Shown: positions 9,678 through 18,684 of the stretch, piece after piece
Layout of the letters: each line of letters begins with the position of its first letter
Position numbering within the stretch: position 1 is the first letter of the stretch
Source: Verrucomicrobiia bacterium
GTDB taxonomy: Bacteria > Verrucomicrobiota > Verrucomicrobiia > Limisphaerales > UBA1319
Reading direction: 5' to 3'
Length of the DNA: 64,000 nt
Assembly (NCBI GenBank): GCA_963664225.1
Contig: OY760937.1
Location: forward strand, 3,488,001-3,552,000
Made by a program: the position numbers and the translations under genes
Notes under the pieces: model-generated
The model's input: the letters and a program-made list of their open reading frames with translations, nothing else
Told to the model about the DNA's origin: nothing
The model's database searches: none

Positions 9678-11414
9678 ATGACGGCCATCAAGACATTCGG
9701 GGAACGCATTGCTGACGCACTGATCGAAGACGGTCTGATGACGCAGGCGCAATTGACCGAATTGCTTCAATTACAGAAGAAAGAGGGCACCCGCCTGGTG
9801 AAGCTCATTTCCGAGAAGGCGGGCGTCAACGAGATCGATATGATCGTCTCGATGGGCCGCGTCCTGAGCACCGCCCCCATCAACCTGAGCCGGGTCACCA
9901 TTCCACCCGAAATTGCCGCCATGGTTCCGCATGACATGGCCGTGAACCACAAAGTGCTCCCCGTATCCCGATGGGAGAACCGCCTTTACCTGGCCATGGC
10001 CGACCCCTTGAACGTGCTCGCGCTTGACGATATCAAGCGCATCACGCACATGGAAGTCACGCCGATGATCGCCAGCGAGAAGTCGATCATCGACAAGATC
10101 AACAGCCTCAACACCTCCAAAGGCTCCATTGAGGACATCATTCTCGACGCCCAAAAACTCGCGGATGCCGATTCGGAATCCGACAACCTGGAATTAAAGA
10201 AGGAAGACACCGAAAACGTCAGCTTGGATCAACTGGCCGCATCGACCGAGGAGGCCCCGGTCATCAAACTGGCCAACCTGATCCTCGTTCAGGCCATCAA
10301 GGATCGTGCCAGCGATATTCATCTCGAGCCTTTTGAAAAGACCGTGCGCTTGCGCTATCGCATCGACGGCGCGCTCATGGACATGACTCCGCCCCCCAAG
10401 TCCATGCAGATGGCGCTGACCTCCCGGCTCAAAATCATGAGCAACCTCGACATCGCTGAGCGCCGCATGCCCCAAGACGGACGCATGCGCGTGCGCGTCA
10501 CAGGCCGGGACATCGATTTGCGTGTATCGTTCCTGCCCACCGTGCATGGCGAGAAATGCGTGTTGCGCGTCTTGGACAAGTCCAATCTCTCCGCCACCAT
10601 GGACAAGTTGGGGATGGATGCCGTCACCTTTAAACAATTCAAAGGTGCCGTGGACGCCCCGCACGGCCTGCTGCTGGTCACAGGCCCCACCGGCTCGGGC
10701 AAGACCACCACACTTTACTCCGCACTGAACGAGCTCAACAATCCCGAATTCAACATCATCACCGTTGAAGACCCCGTCGAATTTCAGATACCGGGCATCA
10801 ACCAGGTCCCCGTTCGCAAGGATATCGGGCTGACCTTCGCCAACGCGCTGCGCTCCATTCTGCGTCAGGATCCGGACATCATCATGATTGGTGAAATCCG
10901 GGATACGGAAACCGCCGAGATCGCCGTGGAAGCCGCGCTCACGGGTCACCAGGTGCTCAGCACCATGCATTGCAATGACGCCCCGGGCGCCATCTCCCGC
11001 CTGGACGACATGAACATTGCGCCCTTCCTGATCTCCTCCTCCGTGATCCTCTCCTGTGCCCAGCGCCTCATGCGCCGCATTTGCCCGGCCTGCAAGGAGC
11101 CGGTGACCTATCCTCGAAAAATGTTCGAGGATCTGGACATTAACCCCGGGCTGTTTGAGGGAGCCGCCCTTTATCGCGGACGCGGCTGCGAGCGGTGCAA
11201 GAAAACCGGCTATGCGGGTCGCCTGGCCATCATCGAGGCCATGACAGTGAGTGACGAAATTCGCAAGCTGATCATCGATCGTGCCGGGGCCATGGACATC
11301 GGTAAAATGGCGATTGCGCAAGGCATGAAAGTGCTCCGCACCGTCGCGCTGGAAAAAGCCCGCGAGGGCCTCACCACCCTCGAACAGGTTTTGGTCATGA
11401 CCGCCAATCATTAA
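9678..11414 (+). CDS. pilB: Type IV pilus/T2SS assembly ATPase (PilB/GspE)
   Basis: ASDIHLEP, DIAERRMPQDGR, Walker A GPTGSGKT, TVEDPVE, LRQDPDIIMIGEIRD, CxxC...CxxC zinc motif. Confidence 0.93.
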   Translation: MTAIKTFGERIADALIEDGLMTQAQLTELLQLQKKEGTRLVKLISEKAGVNEIDMIVSMGRVLSTAPINLSRVTIPPEIAAMVPHDMAVNHKVLPVSRWENRLYLAMADPLNVLALDDIKRITHMEVTPMIASEKSIIDKINSLNTSKGSIEDIILDAQKLADADSESDNLELKKEDTENVSLDQLAASTEEAPVIKLANLILVQAIKDRASDIHLEPFEKTVRLRYRIDGALMDMTPPPKSMQMALTSRLKIMSNLDIAERRMPQDGRMRVRVTGRDIDLRVSFLPTVHGEKCVLRVLDKSNLSATMDKLGMDAVTFKQFKGAVDAPHGLLLVTGPTGSGKTTTLYSALNELNNPEFNIITVEDPVEFQIPGINQVPVRKDIGLTFANALRSILRQDPDIIMIGEIRDTETAEIAVEAALTGHQVLSTMHCNDAPGAISRLDDMNIAPFLISSSVILSCAQRLMRRICPACKEPVTYPRKMFEDLDINPGLFEGAALYRGRGCERCKKTGYAGRLAIIEAMTVSDEIRKLIIDRAGAMDIGKMAIAQGMKVLRTVALEKAREGLTTLEQVLVMTANH

Positions 11415-11513
11415 TGGGCCGCCAGACCGAATTGGCATTTGAATTGGTGCGGGTCCTGGATGCAAGCCGCACCGCGCCGCGCCGGCGAATGCGGGACAAA
11501 AGATCGAATTGAA

Positions 11514-11993
11514 ATGCTAATGGCACAGTGGCAATCCATCGTCGCGCGCGTTGTGCAGGGCCACCGGGTCGCCTCGGGACTCAATGGGGACCCGCGCTTT
11601 CCGGGGGGCACACTCCAGATGCAGATTCCTTACTTTCTCGCCCTTGGTCTGGATCTCCGTCCCTTTTATCCCGGCACGTTGAATGTCAGCATCGCCCCGT
11701 GCCGCTACCGCGTGGTCAAGGCGCGCCATACCTTCGTCAACGTAAAATGGCACCCCACGGAACCGGCCGAGGACTTTTCGTTTTTTGATGTGCGCCTCGG
11801 GCGTCCTGACGCTCCGTCCCTTGAGGGGTTTATCTATTATCCGCACCCCCAAACCAAGCCGGAGCATTTTCAGCAACCGGGCGTGCTGGAACTGCTGTTT
11901 CCCTATTTGGAATCCATGTCCTACGGCGATGAGGTGCGCCTGGAAATACCCGCATCGCAAATGGCCATTGAGTGTTCCAATGTCCACCCATGA
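11514..11993 (+). CDS. Protein resembling the CTP-dependent riboflavin kinase fold
   Basis: VVQGHRVASG, FYPGTLNV, VLELL, YGDEVRL match the archaeal-type pattern; start 11514 or 11520. Confidence 0.6.
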   Translation: MLMAQWQSIVARVVQGHRVASGLNGDPRFPGGTLQMQIPYFLALGLDLRPFYPGTLNVSIAPCRYRVVKARHTFVNVKWHPTEPAEDFSFFDVRLGRPDAPSLEGFIYYPHPQTKPEHFQQPGVLELLFPYLESMSYGDEVRLEIPASQMAIECSNVHP

Positions 11994-12048
11994 AGAGGCG
12001 TGTTGTCGAATTTCGCCCTCCTAAAACCACAAGAGCGTCATAATCCGC

Positions 12049-13926
12049 ATGAGAAATTATTTGAAAAATATTCACCGAGCCACCTTGCTGGCTCTGGCCG
12101 TCAACCTGGCCTTCCTTGTCCGTTGTGGCGCAGGCGATTTATCGATTGGCCGCTTCGGCAGCACCAACTACGGCGATTGGAAGATGACCGGAACGGCGTT
12201 CAAACCGGGACCGGCTTCAGGCGGGCTCCTGCCAAAGTTGGAAATTGAAAACTCCTCCGATGATCGAGTGGTCAGCAGCGAGATTGAAGGGGACGCGCCA
12301 ACGGGCACACTCACCTCGCCGGAATTCAAGATTGCGCGGAAATACATCGCCTTTCGCATCGGTGGCGGCGATTACGAGCGTCATACCTGCCTGAACCTCC
12401 TTGTCCACGGCAAAATCGTCCGCAGCGCGACAGGCTGGAGAAGCGATCGGCTGGTGCCCGCCAGTTGGGATGTGAGCCGGTTCAAGGGCCAGAAGGCGAA
12501 AATCCAGATCGTGGACGAGGCCAGCGGCGATTGGGGGCATATCAATGCGGACCACATGGTTCAGACCGATACTCCGGAGCGGTTGCCCGTGGTGACCGAG
12601 CCGCTTTACAGGGAGCCTTTGCGGCCGCAGTTTCATTTCACGGCCCGGCATTGGACCATGGACCGGCTCAATCCGCGCGAACGCCAGGAAGGTTGGATCA
12701 ATGACCTGAACGGTTTGATTTATTACGATGGCGAGTATCACCTCTTTGCACAGCGCTGGGCCAAATGCTGGCTTCACGCCGTGAGCCGTGACCTGGTTCA
12801 CTGGACCGAACTGGAACCCGCTTTCTGGGAGGAGACCTTGGACAGCGGTGTTCAGTCGGGAACCTGTGTCGTCGATTACAACAACACCTCGGGCCTCTCA
12901 CCCAACAAGACCACACCACCCATGATCGCGTTCTGGTCGAGGTTCGATAATCGCACCCAGTGCCTTTCCTATAGCCTGGATCATGGACGCACCTGGAAAC
13001 GGTATGAAAAGAATCCGCTGATGATTCGCCCTGAGCGCGATCCCAAGGTCTTCTGGTATGCCCCGGGCAACCATTGGGTCATGATGCTCTATGGAGACAG
13101 CCAATATCATATTCTGACCTCCACGAATTTGTTGAATTGGAAGGACGAGCGCAAACCCATCAAGGACAGCTTCGAGTGCCCGGACTTCTTTGAACTCCCT
13201 GTGGACGGAGATCGCGCCAATATGAAATGGGTGCTGATTCAGGGCAGTGGAAAATACTCCATCGGCGCCTTCGATGGCGTCGAGTTCAAGGAAGAGACCT
13301 CCCGGTATTCATGTGACATCGGACCCAATTTCTATGCCACGCAGAGCTGGGGCAATGTGGAAACGGGAGATGGGCGCAGGATTCAGACCGCCTGGATGCG
13401 GTTTTCGCAATTCCCGGACATGCCGTTCAACCAGATGGTGAGCTTTCCCTGTGAACTGACCCTGCGCAGTACGCCCAATGGCCCGCGCATATTTCGCGAA
13501 CCCATCCGTGAAATCGCAAATCTTCACAGAGGGCAGGACACATGGACGAATCGCACATTGAAGGCCGATCAGGCGCTGCCGCTGGAACCGTCTGGTCGAT
13601 TGTTTCACATCCAGGCCAGACTCAGCATTCCTGACGGGACCAAACTGATTTTCAATATTCGCGGTGTTCCCGTCATTCTGACCTCCAGAACGATCGAATC
13701 TGGAACCAGTCCGGCCTCAGTAGTGGACCGGATCAAGACGGTGGAAATCCTGGTGGACCGCACTTCCATTGAGGTGTTCGTCAACGGCGGCGAGATTTCA
13801 TCCACCCGGTTTGTTCTGCCCAAGGACAACGGCATTTCAGTAAAAGCCGAGGGAGGGTCCGTCACTATTCAGTCGCTCAACGTATGGCCTCTCAATTCGG
13901 CTTGGGCGAAAGGTTCGGGGGATTAA
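12049..13926 (+). CDS. Secreted GH32 beta-fructosidase/levanase-like enzyme with extra N-terminal domain
   Basis: RPQFHF, WINDLNG (nucleophile motif), ERDPKV, FECPD, VDRTSIEVF. Confidence 0.92.
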   Translation: MRNYLKNIHRATLLALAVNLAFLVRCGAGDLSIGRFGSTNYGDWKMTGTAFKPGPASGGLLPKLEIENSSDDRVVSSEIEGDAPTGTLTSPEFKIARKYIAFRIGGGDYERHTCLNLLVHGKIVRSATGWRSDRLVPASWDVSRFKGQKAKIQIVDEASGDWGHINADHMVQTDTPERLPVVTEPLYREPLRPQFHFTARHWTMDRLNPRERQEGWINDLNGLIYYDGEYHLFAQRWAKCWLHAVSRDLVHWTELEPAFWEETLDSGVQSGTCVVDYNNTSGLSPNKTTPPMIAFWSRFDNRTQCLSYSLDHGRTWKRYEKNPLMIRPERDPKVFWYAPGNHWVMMLYGDSQYHILTSTNLLNWKDERKPIKDSFECPDFFELPVDGDRANMKWVLIQGSGKYSIGAFDGVEFKEETSRYSCDIGPNFYATQSWGNVETGDGRRIQTAWMRFSQFPDMPFNQMVSFPCELTLRSTPNGPRIFREPIREIANLHRGQDTWTNRTLKADQALPLEPSGRLFHIQARLSIPDGTKLIFNIRGVPVILTSRTIESGTSPASVVDRIKTVEILVDRTSIEVFVNGGEISSTRFVLPKDNGISVKAEGGSVTIQSLNVWPLNSAWAKGSGD

Positions 13927-14072
13927 AATGACAACACCTCCGCAGAATGAACGGGGATCATGGCGAACCGCCAATGACCGTGCATCTACACTGGCAGATG
14001 CAATTTCAACCAATAAACAGGGTGGTTGGATTTGACCTCCGCCGTTTTCCTTCCGCGACCAGGGACCAGAGG

Positions 14073-14507
14073 TCAGAAATCGGAGGTTAAAGGCCAGGTA
14101 TGGGTTGGAAAACGAAAGTCGTCTTCCCGGGCGGTTTCGATCCTGCCGGAGGAAAAGATCATAAGTCTGGCCTCCGGCGACAAGGCCATGCTGGCGGTCG
14201 CAAACCCTGGTGGAACCTCGAGAATTTGAGGGTTATTGGCAGATAACTTGAATTGTTGCACTGGCAAATGGGCCGATGGGTTTTGCCAGTCATCCGGTTG
14301 AACGACGGCGACCAAATACTCTCCATTGACCGCAAAAAACCATTTCCAATCCCTTTGGTGTCCCACCCAGCCCCGCAGCTCGTTGGGGCGAGCCGGGCAG
14401 ATGGTGTAAAACCGATCCACCAATTCAAAGTCAAAGGCATTGACGTGGCGGACCTCGCCGCGCGCGTCAGAGTGCAGGCCGCCGTCGATCAATTTTGGAA
14501 ACGCCAT
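14073..14507 (-). CDS. Cupin-fold sugar epimerase/isomerase (WxcM/RmlC-like)
   Basis: HSDARG, RFY, RGWVGH, VPPGFA; directly after fnlC. Confidence 0.8.
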   Translation of the reverse strand: MAFPKLIDGGLHSDARGEVRHVNAFDFELVDRFYTICPARPNELRGWVGHQRDWKWFFAVNGEYLVAVVQPDDWQNPSAHLPVQQFKLSANNPQILEVPPGFATASMALSPEARLMIFSSGRIETAREDDFRFPTHTWPLTSDF

Positions 14508-14519
14508 TTGAAAAAGAAG

Positions 14520-15647
14520 TCAGAGGTCCGATTTCTTCCAGATGACCTGGTTGATGTAATCGACGTAGCTGAGGATGATGCGGACGACCTTTTCGGACAC
14601 GTTGGGCATGCTGTAGTCTTCCACAAGCCGGAGGGTGCGTTTGGCGCCGCGCTCCTGGCTGCGCAGGACGGCCAGGGCTTGCTGCACATTTGCCAGATTC
14701 ATTCCCGTCATGATGACGGACGCCTCTTCCATGCCCTCGGGACGTTCGTGGGCCTCCCGGATGTTGAGCGCCGGGAAATTCATGATGGAAGATTCCTCGG
14801 TGATGGTGCCGCTGTCGGAGAGCACGGCGATGGATTCGATCTGGAGTTTTACGTAATCGCTCAGACCAAAAGGCTTGTGCAGCTCCACCTCCGGGCGGAG
14901 TTTGACGCCTTCGGACTCCAGGCGTTTGCGAGTGCGCGGGTGGGTGGAAAAGATGATGCGTTTGCCGTATTCGGTCGCGAGGCCGTTGAGCACCTCAACG
15001 AGCTTCGCAAACTGGCGCGGGGAATCGACGTTTTCTTCCCGATGGGCGCTGACGACAAAGTAATCCCGTTCTTTAAGACCAAGTTTTTGCAGAATTTCCG
15101 ATTTTTGGATTTTGGGCAGGTAATGATGCAGGACCTCAAACATGGGGCTGCCGGTCTTGATGACGCGATCCGGCGGCAGGCCTTCGCGCAGCAGGTATTC
15201 CCGTGAAATGGCGCTGTAGGGAAGGTTGATGTCTGAAATATGATCGACGATCTTGCGGTTGATCTCCTCGGGCACACGCTGGTCGAAGCAACGGTTTCCG
15301 GCCTCCATGTGGAACACCGGGACTTTGCGCCGCTTGGCCGGATAGGCCGCCAGACAACTATTGGTGTCCCCAAGGATGACGAGGGCATCGGGTTTCTCCT
15401 GTGCGATCACGGCGTCCGACCGGGCAATGATCTGGCCAACGGTCTCGGCGGCGTTTGCGCCCGCAGCCTCGAGGAAGTGATCCGGTTTGCGGATTTCGAG
15501 GTCCTCGAAGAACACCTGGTTCAGCTCGAAATCGTAGTTTTGTCCGGTGTGGACCAGAATATGTCTGGTGTGGCGGTCCAGAGCGGCAATCACGCGCGAA
15601 AGGCGGATGATCTCGGGCCGGGTGCCAAGAATGGTCATTACTTTCAT
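14520..15647 (-). CDS. fnlC: UDP-L-FucNAc C2-epimerase (FnlC/WbjD/Cap5G; WecB family)
   Basis: [51 protein letters not shown]. Confidence 0.92.
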   Translation of the reverse strand: MKVMTILGTRPEIIRLSRVIAALDRHTRHILVHTGQNYDFELNQVFFEDLEIRKPDHFLEAAGANAAETVGQIIARSDAVIAQEKPDALVILGDTNSCLAAYPAKRRKVPVFHMEAGNRCFDQRVPEEINRKIVDHISDINLPYSAISREYLLREGLPPDRVIKTGSPMFEVLHHYLPKIQKSEILQKLGLKERDYFVVSAHREENVDSPRQFAKLVEVLNGLATEYGKRIIFSTHPRTRKRLESEGVKLRPEVELHKPFGLSDYVKLQIESIAVLSDSGTITEESSIMNFPALNIREAHERPEGMEEASVIMTGMNLANVQQALAVLRSQERGAKRTLRLVEDYSMPNVSEKVVRIILSYVDYINQVIWKKSDL

Positions 15648-15702
15648 ATGAAATAGAGGTCAGCGGGCAGAACGTAAGGTCATGGGAACATCCCATCCTG
15701 CT

Positions 15703-16812
15703 TTATAGTACGTTTTTGAAATAGGTGTCCGGGATTGTCGGATCAAAAATCTCGCTCGCCCAAAAAAGGACGATCATTTCGGTGGCGCCCACGTTCTCGA
15801 TGGAATGGGTGTAGCCGGGAGGGATGTCCACGACGCGGAAGTCGCGACCGCTGACCTTGTGCTCAATAATCCCGCCATTCAGGATGTGCCGGAAGCGAAT
15901 GACAGCCTCGCCTTCCACCACCATGAATTTCTCTGTTTTTGTATGGTGGTAATGGTTGCCGCGGGTGATGCCCGGCTTGGTGCGGGAAACGAAAATTTGA
16001 CCGAATTGGGCCGACTTCATGAATTCCGCCAGGCAGCCGCGATTGTCCGTTTTGATTTCCAGTCCGTATGCAAAATCAGGTCCGTCCAGATAGCTGAGAT
16101 AGGTGGCGTAAAGACAGCGGGTGAACGCGTCATCCATGGGCGGAAGCCTCAGGGTCGTCCTGGACTCTCGGAAGGAACGTATCTTCGCCGCCAGTTCACC
16201 CAGCGTGACTTTGAAAGAACGCTCCACACCCCGGAATTCACCACCAGTTGGCTGTTCTTCCATCGTTTTGAGGAACGCCTCAACCACATCATCGATATAC
16301 ACCAGTTCGAGTTCGCGCGAGGGATCCGAAATGGAGACCGGCAGGCCGTGGGCAATGTTGTGGCAGAATGTGGCTGTCACAGAGTTGTAGTTGGGGCGGC
16401 ACCATTTTCCGAAAACGTTCTTCAAACGGAAAATGACGGCGGACGCACCCGTGCGCTCCGCCCAGGACATTAGCGCCTCTTCGGCCATTCGTTTGCTGAC
16501 GCCATAGGGATTGTCGAGTTCCGCCTGGATCGAGGAGGACATGACCACCAGGGGGGTGCGTTTCATGGCTTCCAGTCTCGTGCAGATTTGCTCCGTGAAT
16601 CCCGTGTTGCCTTGTTTGAACTCATCCACATTTTGCGGGCGGTTCACCCCCGCCAGATGGAAAATGATATCCGCCTGCGCCAGTGCGGCCTCGAGCTCGG
16701 AATCGGAAACGCCAAGGTCGTATCCAATGGCGCGCACGTTTTGGTTGCGGCCAAGGGCCTCCATCAGGTGCCTGCCAATAAATCCAGCGGAGCCAGTAAC
16801 TAATATAATCAT
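15703..16812 (-). CDS. fnlB: UDP-sugar reductase with C-terminal cupin (FnlB/WbjC/Cap5F)
   Basis: TGSAGFIG, HLAGVNRP, NVFGKWCRPNYNS, TRGNHYHHTKTEKF. Confidence 0.93.
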   Translation of the reverse strand: MIILVTGSAGFIGRHLMEALGRNQNVRAIGYDLGVSDSELEAALAQADIIFHLAGVNRPQNVDEFKQGNTGFTEQICTRLEAMKRTPLVVMSSSIQAELDNPYGVSKRMAEEALMSWAERTGASAVIFRLKNVFGKWCRPNYNSVTATFCHNIAHGLPVSISDPSRELELVYIDDVVEAFLKTMEEQPTGGEFRGVERSFKVTLGELAAKIRSFRESRTTLRLPPMDDAFTRCLYATYLSYLDGPDFAYGLEIKTDNRGCLAEFMKSAQFGQIFVSRTKPGITRGNHYHHTKTEKFMVVEGEAVIRFRHILNGGIIEHKVSGRDFRVVDIPPGYTHSIENVGATEMIVLFWASEIFDPTIPDTYFKNVL

Positions 16813-16818
16813 GTGAGT

Positions 16819-17856
16819 TCAGTGGGCTGAGTGCTTGCTCGCAGCTCGGCGCGCGATGGCTTCGTGCATTTCCGGCAGCGTGAGCAGCAATTCGGACATC
16901 TGGTCGAGATTCAGTTGCCGGGCGTTGTTGGAATTAAATTCGTGGGCATTGCCCATCTCCGGATTGCCTTTTGAGAAAAAGACGTCGTAGTTCAGATCGC
17001 GGTTATCGGCCGGAATCCGGAAGTAATCTCCCATGTCCTCGGCCCCGGATGCTTCCTCCTGGGTCAGGAGCGTTTCGTATTGCTTCTCTCCATGCCGGGT
17101 GCCAATGACCTTGATGGGATTGTCCGCATGCAGCAACTTTTTCACCGCCTGGGCCAGCAGGCCGATGGTCGCCGCCGGGGCTTTTTGCACGAAGCGGTCG
17201 CCGGGCCGGGCATGCTTGAAGGCAAAGAGCACCAGGTCCACCGCGGCATCCAGATTCATCATGAACCGGGTCATATTCGGATCGGTGATCGTCAAGGGTT
17301 GCCCATCCTCAATTTGTTGAATGAAGAGCGGAATGACGGAACCGCGCGAGGCCATCACGTTGCCGTAACGTGTGCCGCAGAAGACCTGCCCCTGCTCCGC
17401 AGCCACGCGGGATTTGGCGACCATGACTTTCTCCATGATGGCTTTGGACATGCCCATGGCATTGATCGGATAGGCCGCCTTGTCGGTGCTCAGCACGATC
17501 ATGCACTTCACCTTGGCCGCCATGGCCGCCTTGAGGGTATTGTCCGTTCCGATCACATTGGTTCGGATCGCCTCCATCGGGTAAAACTCGCACGAAGGAA
17601 CCTGCTTCAGTGCCGCCGCGTGAAACACAAAATCCACCCCCTGCATGGCCTCCGCAATCCCATCCGGATTCCGCACATCCCCGATGTAGAACTTGATTTT
17701 CGGGCTTTTATAGAGATGCCGCATGTCGTCCTGTTTTTTCTCGTCCCGCGAGAAAATGCGGATCTGCTCAATTTCCGATTTGAGGAAACGGCGCAGAACG
17801 GCATTGCCGAAACTGCCCGTGCCACCGGTGATGAGAAGAGTTTTATTTTTGAACAT
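16819..17856 (-). CDS. fnlA: UDP-GlcNAc 4,6-dehydratase/epimerase (FnlA/WbjB/Cap5E)
   Basis: TGGTGSFG, SRDEKKQ, HAAALKQVPSCEF, STDKA, RYGNVMASRGSVIP, GTRHGEK. Confidence 0.94.
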   Translation of the reverse strand: MFKNKTLLITGGTGSFGNAVLRRFLKSEIEQIRIFSRDEKKQDDMRHLYKSPKIKFYIGDVRNPDGIAEAMQGVDFVFHAAALKQVPSCEFYPMEAIRTNVIGTDNTLKAAMAAKVKCMIVLSTDKAAYPINAMGMSKAIMEKVMVAKSRVAAEQGQVFCGTRYGNVMASRGSVIPLFIQQIEDGQPLTITDPNMTRFMMNLDAAVDLVLFAFKHARPGDRFVQKAPAATIGLLAQAVKKLLHADNPIKVIGTRHGEKQYETLLTQEEASGAEDMGDYFRIPADNRDLNYDVFFSKGNPEMGNAHEFNSNNARQLNLDQMSELLLTLPEMHEAIARRAASKHSAH

Positions 17857-18415
17857 AAAAAATGATGCGTCCAACCCCAGCCCAATTCAAGCCTGTCTTT
17901 TGGGCGAATATTCAACGGGACAAATGTCAGAGGGCGGACCTGTACAGCCGCTAATGGGCAAATGGGCGAAGCAATCCAGTTTTAACCACGAAACAATCGA
18001 AATCCTTCCTTGGTCTGTGTGCGATTGGCCCATTGAAATAACGCCTTGAATGATTCTCGCAGGGCCTTCGGATATGACGCGGATCTCCTTTGCTCTTCGT
18101 CGATACTTGGAGACATGGGCTGCCTGTGGCGCCCCCTAAAAGGGAAGGATTGGATGCGAACCTCGGAGCAAAACACAACAAGTCGCAGGATCTCAATCTA
18201 ACGCCGCAAAAATTTATGAAAATTGCATTTCCTGAAGAAATCCACCTCCGGTTGCTATTGGCGTGATGATCGGGCGGGAGGAGGAGTCTGGAACGATTTG
18301 GATTCAAGATCGTAACGACCTGACCGTATGTTCCGGGGCCAGACTCCAGACCTGGGCCAATGGCCCAGGCTGATATCAGGCCGCGCCGATGTCGCTCCTG
18401 ACTTCTGACAAGCAT

Positions 18416-18475
18416 CGTCGGGTGAGGGCACCAAAGCCTACAGTGTTTCCCGACCAATGACTACGGACCGGGGGC
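18416..18475 (-). repeat. Heptamer plus GTAG-REP junction element, copy 1 of 3
   Basis: Minus strand GTCCGTAGTCATTGGTCGGGAAACACT-GTAGGCTTTGGTGCCCTCACCCGACG; homologous to 35551-35620 and 36766-36835. Confidence 0.8.
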
Positions 18476-18684
18476 AGTTTTTCGCTGCCCTCTGCCCTTT
18501 GATATCAGCCCTCAGTCTTTTTCCGCTGACTTCTATCCGATGGGTTTCCACACACGATCAAATCCAAGACTGTCGAAATCCTTGATATTCGCTGTGGCGA
18601 ATTCCGAAAGGCCCTGGATCAAGGCGCACAGACCCTGAAAGTAATTTATTGATGTCATTCCAAAGTAAGTATTATAACGCTTGT

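Noticed and set aside
2443..17865. Long antisense ORFs (e.g. 2443-3606, 10194-11465, 14253-15206, 17080-17865)
   Set aside because: Shadow frames opposite well-supported GC-rich genes; 62603-63694 opposite the IS256 transposase is the same.
17880..18410. Gene or pseudogene upstream of fnlA
   Set aside because: Only short or repeat-initiated ORFs with no recognisable motif.
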